A DNA stretch of 14,373 bases from a virus (Duplodnaviria > Heunggongvirae > Uroviricota > Caudoviricetes), in the IMG/VR virus record IMGVR_UViG_2534681703_000013; one strand, 5' to 3'. This document shows positions 9,139-14,373 of the stretch, one piece after another (the stretch's first letter is position 1; every line of letters starts with the position of its first letter). The notes under the pieces are model-generated. The model saw only the letters and a program-made list of their open reading frames with translations. It did not search any database and was not told the origin of the DNA. A program made the position numbers and the translations under genes.

Positions 9139-9150
9139 ATCCTTCCCGTT

Positions 9151-9786
9151 ATGAACACTCTCGCAAATATTCAGGAACTCGCGCGCGCACTGCGCAACAT
9201 GATCCGCACCGGCATTATCGTCGAAACCGACCTTAACGCCGGTCGCTGCCGTGTGCAGACTGGCGGCATGTGCACCGACTGGCTTCAGTGGCTGACCCAT
9301 CGTGCCGGGCGTTCGTGCACATGGTGGGCACCTTCCGTGGGGGAACAGGTGCTGATTCTGGCCGTGGGCGGTGAACTCGACACGGCGTTCGTTCTGCCGG
9401 GGATTTATTCCGGCGATAACCCTGCGCCGTCTGCGTCGGCGGATGCACTGCATATCCGTTTCCCTGACGGGGCGGTGATTGAGTATGAACCCGAAACCAG
9501 TGCACTCACGGTAAGCGGAATTAAAACGGCCAGCGTAACGGCTTCTGATTCTGTTACTGCCACGGTGCCGGTGGTCATGGTGAAAGCGTTAACCCGCATC
9601 ACCCTGGACACACCGGAGGTGGTCTGCACCAACAGGCTGATTACCGGCACGCTGGAAGTGCAGAAGGGCGGGACGATGCGCGGCAACATTGAACACACCG
9701 GCGGTGAACTCTCATCAAACGGTAAGGTACTGCACACCCATAAACACCCCGGCGACAGCGGCGGCACAACCGGGAGTCCTTTATGA
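9151..9786 (+). CDS. V: Baseplate spike/assembly protein gpV (211 aa).
   Basis: ORF track 9151..9786; matches recalled P2 gpV. Confidence 0.9.
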   Translation: MNTLANIQELARALRNMIRTGIIVETDLNAGRCRVQTGGMCTDWLQWLTHRAGRSCTWWAPSVGEQVLILAVGGELDTAFVLPGIYSGDNPAPSASADALHIRFPDGAVIEYEPETSALTVSGIKTASVTASDSVTATVPVVMVKALTRITLDTPEVVCTNRLITGTLEVQKGGTMRGNIEHTGGELSSNGKVLHTHKHPGDSGGTTGSPL

Positions 9787-10130
9787 CAGCGCGTTATCTC
9801 GGAATGAATCGCAGTGATGGCCTGACGGTCACTGACCTTGAGCATATCAGCCAGAGTATCGGCGATATCCTGCGCACGCCGGTCGGCTCACGGGTGATGC
9901 GTCGTGATTACGGCTCGTTGCTGGCGTCAATGATTGACCAGCCGCAGACCCCGGCGCTTGAGTTGCAGATTAAGGTCGCCTGTTACATGGCCGTGCTGAA
10001 ATGGGAACCCCGCGTCACCCTGTCATCCGTCACCACGGCGCGCAGTTTTGACGGGCGAATGACGGTCACGTTAACCGGTCAGCACAACGACACCGGCCAG
10101 CCACTTTCGTTAACCATCCCTGTGAGTTGA
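9783..10130 (+). CDS. W: Baseplate wedge protein gpW (115 aa).
   Basis: ORF track 9783..10130; ATGA overlap with V; length matches P2 gpW. Confidence 0.9.
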   Translation: MTARYLGMNRSDGLTVTDLEHISQSIGDILRTPVGSRVMRRDYGSLLASMIDQPQTPALELQIKVACYMAVLKWEPRVTLSSVTTARSFDGRMTVTLTGQHNDTGQPLSLTIPVS

Positions 10131-10134
10131 AACC

Positions 10135-11043
10135 ATGCCGATTATCGACCTGAACCAGCTACCCGCACCGGATGTGGTCGAGGAGCTGGACTTTGAAACC
10201 ATTCTTGCCGAACGCAAGGCGACACTGATTTCCCTTTACCCGGAAGACCAGCAGGAGGCGGTCGCCCGTACCCTGACGCTGGAATCCGAGCCTCTCGTCA
10301 AACTGCTGGAGGAAAACGCTTATCGTGAGCTTATCTGGCGTCAGCGTGTGAATGAGGCCGCACGGGCGGTGATGCTGGCCTGTGCCGCCGGTAATGACCT
10401 TGATGTGATTGGTGCCAATTACAACACCACGCGCCTGATTATCGCCCCGGCAGATGATTCGACTATCCCGCCGACACCGGCAGTGATGGAGTCTGACACC
10501 GATTATCGTCTGCGTATTCAGCAGGCGTTTGAGGGCTTAAGCGTCGCCGGGTCGGTGGGAGCCTATCAGTATCATGGTCGCAGTGCCGACGGGCGTGTCG
10601 CGGATATCTCTGTCACCAGTCCGTCTCCGGCCTGCGTCACTATCTCCGTGCTGTCACGTGAAAATAACGGCGTCGCATCCGAAGACCTGCTGGCCGTGGT
10701 GCGTAACGCCCTTAATGGCGAGGACGTCAGGCCGGTGGCCGACCGCGTGACCGTGCAGTCTGCCGCCATTGTTGAATATCAGATAAACGCCACGCTTTAC
10801 CTTTACCCAGGTCCCGAAAGCGAACCCATCCGCGCTGCTGCCGTGAAAAAACTGGAAGCGTACATCACGGCACAGCACCGGCTGGGGCGCGACATCCGTC
10901 TGTCTGCCATTTATGCCGCTTTGCATGTGGAAGGCGTGCAGCGTGTCGAGCTGGCCGCACCACTGGCCGACATCGTGCTCAACAGTACGCAGGCGTCTTT
11001 CTGTACTGAATACCGCGTCGTGACGGGAGGCTCGGATGAGTGA
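10135..11043 (+). CDS. J: Baseplate assembly protein gpJ (302 aa).
   Basis: ORF track 10135..11043; length matches P2 gpJ. Confidence 0.9.
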   Translation: MPIIDLNQLPAPDVVEELDFETILAERKATLISLYPEDQQEAVARTLTLESEPLVKLLEENAYRELIWRQRVNEAARAVMLACAAGNDLDVIGANYNTTRLIIAPADDSTIPPTPAVMESDTDYRLRIQQAFEGLSVAGSVGAYQYHGRSADGRVADISVTSPSPACVTISVLSRENNGVASEDLLAVVRNALNGEDVRPVADRVTVQSAAIVEYQINATLYLYPGPESEPIRAAAVKKLEAYITAQHRLGRDIRLSAIYAALHVEGVQRVELAAPLADIVLNSTQASFCTEYRVVTGGSDE

Positions 11044-11647
11044 TTCGCGACTGCTGCCGACCGGCTCATCACCGCTTGAAGTCGCCGCCGCAAAAGCCTG
11101 TGCGGAAATTGAAAAAACGCCGGTCAGTATTCGTGAGCTGTGGAACCCGGATACCTGTCCGGCAAATCTGCTGCCGTGGCTGGCGTGGTCATTTTCGGTT
11201 GACCGCTGGGATGATAAGTGGCCGGAAGCGACAAAACGCGCTGTTATCCGCGATGCGTATTTCATTCACTGCCATAAGGGCACTATAGGTGCAATCCGCC
11301 GTGTGGTGGAGCCGCTCGGCTATCTGATTGAGGTGAGGGAGTGGTGGCAGCTCAACGAGGAGCCGGGGACGTTCCGCATCGTTGTTGGCGTGCTTGAGCA
11401 GGGTATTACCGAGGAAATGTATCAGGAGCTGGAGCGTCTCGTTGCTGATGCAAAACCTGCAAGCCGCCATCTGACAGGACTGGCTATCAGTTTAAGTACA
11501 ACCGGTAACATTTTTGCCGGTGCAGGATGCTATCACGGCGACGCCCTGACGGTTTATCCCTACACCCCGGAGGCCATTATTGTCGGAGGGGATTATTTCC
11601 CGGCCTCGGCCATTCATTTAATTGATAACCTGAGAGTAAACGCATGA
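11036..11647 (+). CDS. I: Baseplate/tail-fibre attachment protein gpI (203 aa; longer than the about 176 aa I recall for P2).
   Basis: ORF track 11036..11647; start overlaps the J end, stop overlaps the H start (ATGA). Confidence 0.85.
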   Translation: MSDSRLLPTGSSPLEVAAAKACAEIEKTPVSIRELWNPDTCPANLLPWLAWSFSVDRWDDKWPEATKRAVIRDAYFIHCHKGTIGAIRRVVEPLGYLIEVREWWQLNEEPGTFRIVVGVLEQGITEEMYQELERLVADAKPASRHLTGLAISLSTTGNIFAGAGCYHGDALTVYPYTPEAIIVGGDYFPASAIHLIDNLRVNA

Positions 11648-12972
11648 CAGTGAAATACTACGCCATTCTGACTAATCAGGGCGCAGCACGGCTGGCTAAC
11701 GCGACGATGCTCGGCAGTAAGCTGAATCTGACGCAAATGGCCGTTGGTGATGCGAATGGTGTCTTGCCGACACCAGACCCGGCACAGACAAAACTGATTA
11801 ACCAGAAACGCATCGCGCCGCTGAATCTTCTGAGTGTTGATCCGAACAACCAGAGCCAGATTATTGCGGAGCAAATCATCCCTGAGAACGAGGGCGGATT
11901 CTGGATCCGTGAGATTGGGCTTTATGATGATGAAGGCGTACTCATTGCGGTGGCGAACTGCCCGGAAACGTACAAACCGCAGTTGCAGGAAGGCAGTGGT
12001 CGTACCCAGACTATCCGCATGATTCTGGTTGTCACGAATACCGAAGCCATCACGCTGAAAATCGACCCGTCGGTGGTACTGGCGACCCGTAAATACGTGG
12101 ATGATAAAGTCCTGGAATTAAAGCTGTATGTGGATGACCAGATGAGAAACCACATTGCCGCACAGGATCCTCATACCCAGTATGCACAGAAACATAATCC
12201 GACATTTACCGGAGAACCAAAAGCGCCGACGCCTGCCGCAGGAAATAACACCACGCGGATTGCGACCACTGCGTTTGTACAGGCCGCTATTACCGCTCTG
12301 ATTAACGGTGCGCCTGACACGCTGGACACACTGAAAGAAATTGCCGCAGCTATCAACAATGACCCGAAATTCAGTACCACCATTAACAATGCGCTGTCAG
12401 GTAAGCAGCCACTGGATGAGACGCTGACTCATTTGAGTGGAAAGGATGTTGCCGGTCTTCTCGCATACCTTGGTTTGGGAGAAGGCTCTGCATTACCTGT
12501 TGGTGTGCCTGTTCCATGGCCTTCAGCCACACCGCCAACAGGCTGGCTGAAATGCAACGGTGCAGCTTTTTCTGCTGAAGAATACCCGGAACTGGCAAAG
12601 GCTTACCCGACAAATAAATTGCCTGATTTACGCGGTGAATTTATTCGTGGCTGGGATGACGGGCGTGGTATTGATGCTGTACGTGCCTTGCTAAGTCTTC
12701 AGAATGGAGGAGTGGAATCACACACCCACCAAGGGCAGCTCTTCAGAGTTAGTGATTATCGTACAAAAGAAATACCAGCATCAGAAGTTATGGGAAGAGG
12801 ATATATTGCAAGCCTGACGCCGGGTGCTGATAGCCCACTTGATTTTGATGATTATTCTGTATCTTCTAATCCAAATGGATATTTTGTCGGGAATCAGAGA
12901 ACAACAGCATATGGGATAAATGAAACCCGTCCACGGAATATTGCATTTAACTATATCGTGAGGGCTGCATAA
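11644..12972 (+). CDS. H: Tail fibre protein gpH (442 aa): constant N-terminal part followed by a variable C-terminal receptor-binding part containing a phage tail-collar-like motif (VGVPVPWPSATPPTGWLKCNGAAFSAEEYPELAKAYP...PDLRGEFIRGWDDGRGID).
   Basis: ORF track 11644..12972; position after I; collar-like motif recognised by eye; much shorter than recalled P2 gpH (about 669 aa), so mosaic. Confidence 0.85.
   Translation: MTVKYYAILTNQGAARLANATMLGSKLNLTQMAVGDANGVLPTPDPAQTKLINQKRIAPLNLLSVDPNNQSQIIAEQIIPENEGGFWIREIGLYDDEGVLIAVANCPETYKPQLQEGSGRTQTIRMILVVTNTEAITLKIDPSVVLATRKYVDDKVLELKLYVDDQMRNHIAAQDPHTQYAQKHNPTFTGEPKAPTPAAGNNTTRIATTAFVQAAITALINGAPDTLDTLKEIAAAINNDPKFSTTINNALSGKQPLDETLTHLSGKDVAGLLAYLGLGEGSALPVGVPVPWPSATPPTGWLKCNGAAFSAEEYPELAKAYPTNKLPDLRGEFIRGWDDGRGIDAVRALLSLQNGGVESHTHQGQLFRVSDYRTKEIPASEVMGRGYIASLTPGADSPLDFDDYSVSSNPNGYFVGNQRTTAYGINETRPRNIAFNYIVRAA
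12458..12483. other. Candidate site-specific recombination (inversion crossover) site: TTCTCGCATACC-TT-GGTTTGGGAGAA, 12-bp imperfect inverted half-sites around a 2-bp core, Hin/Gin/Cin/Pin type.
   Basis: Read directly. The half-sites match 10/12 as inverted repeats and fit the TTxTCxxAAACC half-site pattern of hix/gix sites. It lies inside H, encoding LLAYLGLGE, just upstream of the collar domain (constant/variable boundary). Confidence 0.6.
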
Positions 12973-13574
12973 TGGATAACGCTGTATTAAATAGCGAGTT
13001 TATTGCTACAAAGGCGGGGAATATTACCGTCTATAACTATGATGGCGAAACACGGGAATATATTTCCACATCAACTGAATATCTTGCTGTGGGTGTCGGT
13101 ATTCCGGCATTTTCCTGTCTGGAGGCACCTGGCATATACAAGGCTGGTTATGCAATTTGTCGCTCTGTGGATTTAAATTCATGGGAATATGTGCCAGACC
13201 ATCGCGGTGAAATCGTCTATAACACCGAAACGGGAGACGCCAAAGAAATCACAGCTCCGGGTGATTACCCCGAAAATACAACCACTATCGCCCCATTAAC
13301 GCCATACGATAAATGGGATGGTGAGAAATGGGTGACCGATACTGAGGCACAGCATTGCGCCGCAGTAGACGCGGCAGAAGCACAGCGCCAGTCACTGATT
13401 GATGCTGCAATGGCTTCCATCAGTCTGATTCAGCTGAAATTACAGGCCGGGCGGAGGCTGACGCAGGCAGAAACCACCCGCCTTAACGCCGTGCTGGATT
13501 ACATTGACACGGTGACGGCAACAGATACCAGCACCGCGCCGGATGTCATCTGGCCTGAACTGCCGGAGGTGTAG
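12972..13574 (+). CDS. G: Tail fibre assembly protein gpG (Tfa, 200 aa).
   Basis: ORF track 12972..13574; TAATG overlap with H; conserved Tfa C-terminal motif DTSTAPDVIWPELPEV. Confidence 0.85.
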   Translation: MDNAVLNSEFIATKAGNITVYNYDGETREYISTSTEYLAVGVGIPAFSCLEAPGIYKAGYAICRSVDLNSWEYVPDHRGEIVYNTETGDAKEITAPGDYPENTTTIAPLTPYDKWDGEKWVTDTEAQHCAAVDAAEAQRQSLIDAAMASISLIQLKLQAGRRLTQAETTRLNAVLDYIDTVTATDTSTAPDVIWPELPEV

Positions 13575-13989
13575 GCCATTCAATATCGGGGGCTGTTGAT
13601 GTATCAACACGCATCAGCAGCACACGGTATTTCTTCCATTGGGTGAGAGTTGAAGTTTCTTCATCAGTTGCGATACCAGCATCAACAGCATCCTGACGCC
13701 AGGATATTTCACTGTCAGCTTTTGCACGAAATGTGGCTTTCATGTTTTCTGCATCTGATATTTTCTGTTCTGGTGAAAGCGGCGGCTCATCAACCCATGC
13801 AAGGGTCCCTGAAACCATTCCCAGCATTTTTCCTGTTGGCTTATTTCCCCCATTAAATCTGACAGCATCCTCATCGCTGATTTCAATACCATCCTGCGGC
13901 CATGTCCCCTCCTTGATATAACTTTCATATAGCGCTGCGTTGTAGATTGCATTTTCGGACGGGCTGTAAACACTTTTAACTTTATTCAT
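13546..13989 (-). CDS. Alternative tail fibre assembly protein (Tfa', 147 aa) on the opposite strand, converging on G and overlapping it by 29 bp.
   Basis: ORF track 13546..13989; C-terminal motif VDTSTAPDIEWPTPP parallels that of gpG; GGGAGA Shine-Dalgarno 7-8 nt upstream of the ATG. Confidence 0.8.
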   Translation of the reverse strand: MNKVKSVYSPSENAIYNAALYESYIKEGTWPQDGIEISDEDAVRFNGGNKPTGKMLGMVSGTLAWVDEPPLSPEQKISDAENMKATFRAKADSEISWRQDAVDAGIATDEETSTLTQWKKYRVLLMRVDTSTAPDIEWPTPPAVQAR

Positions 13990-13993
13990 TCTG

Positions 13994-14373
13994 TTATCTC
14001 CCTTTCGCTATATAGCAAAGATTAAACCCACCGACGCCTGACATACGGGCTGTAAAACCCGTTCTTGAAGTACCAGTTGAGTTAACTCCATAAGCAGGCA
14101 TGGTTGTTGGAGAAAGCAGAGACTCCTGGATATCTGCCATTGTCAGTGTAATTGATTCGACCCGCGCGGGGAAAGGTAGCGGGAAAACAACATTCGTCCC
14201 TGTCTGTCCAACGGGGAAACCGAAAATACCCCATTGTCGTAATTACCCCTTCCGGCCCCTTACTCCATCCAGATTTAGGAATCGGCCAGTCTGCTGCTCC
14301 AGAGTGCCCCGTTGTAAAACTACTCATATCTGGTACTTGCCCGGTATCCGTTCCGACGTTCCTCGTTGCCGCT
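13994..14373 (-). CDS. Alternative tail-fibre C-terminal exon (Sv'-like), partial: open from beyond the window end. Two frames are open; the likely real C-terminus (...FPVGQTGTNVVFPLPFPARVESITLTMADIQESLLSPTTMPAYGVNSTGTSRTGFTARMSGVGGFNLCYIAKGR) ends at 13994, 4 nt before the Tfa' start.
   Basis: ORF track 14082..14327 is in a frame with no stop up to position 14373 (AATRNVGTDTGQVPDMSSFTTGHSGAADWPIPKSGW...). A second frame is open 13994..14242 and ends immediately upstream of Tfa'. Implies a 1-bp indel between 14085 and 14242. Confidence 0.55.

Noticed and set aside
8905-9453. Minus-strand 182-aa ORF spanning the S-V junction
   Set aside because: Antisense to the S and V coding sequence; the plus-strand genes fully account for the region.
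10654-11265. Minus-strand 203-aa ORF
   Set aside because: Antisense to J and I; no independent support.
13990-14082. Possible second crossover site (CTGTAAAACCCGTTCTTGAAG) in the gap between the Sv' ORF and Tfa'
   Set aside because: It contains an AAACC half-site-like stretch but no inverted partner half across a 2-bp core; more likely coding sequence of the alternative-frame fibre C-terminus.
14082-14327. ORF-track 81-aa minus-strand gene treated as a stand-alone protein starting at ATG 14327
   Set aside because: The frame stays open upstream of that ATG to the window edge, so this is an internal methionine of a longer fibre exon, not a separate small gene.
1-14373. tRNA genes, CRISPR repeats, IS elements or inserted cargo/defence genes
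   Set aside because: No direct-repeat arrays, no cloverleaf-like segments and no intergenic gap larger than about 170 bp; the gene order is uninterrupted and P2-like.

Overview
This window reads as the late (morphogenesis and lysis) region of a P2-like temperate phage or prophage, with gene order and protein lengths matching what I recall of coliphage P2. No search was run; product calls rest on the supplied ORF translations and on memory of P2 proteins. Leftward: portal Q (C-terminus runs off the window start) and terminase large subunit P. Rightward: O, N, M, L, X, Y (holin), K (endolysin), lysA, lysB with nested lysC (spanins), R, S, then V, W, J, I, H (tail fibre) and G (tail-fibre assembly). 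After G the strand flips: a second tail-fibre assembly gene and a second tail-fibre C-terminal exon lie on the minus strand, converging on G. Together with a 26-bp imperfect palindrome inside H at the constant/variable boundary, this looks like a Mu G-segment / P1 C-segment-type invertible host-range switch; its partner site and invertase would lie beyond the 3' end of the window. Three apparent 1-bp frame disruptions are visible, all in minus-strand genes (Q, P and the inverted tail-fibre exon), while all 18 plus-strand genes are intact. Intergenic gaps are short and I see no tRNA, CRISPR array, IS element or inserted cargo/defence gene. I do not find a clearly novel system here beyond the tail-fibre switching module and the frameshift pattern.
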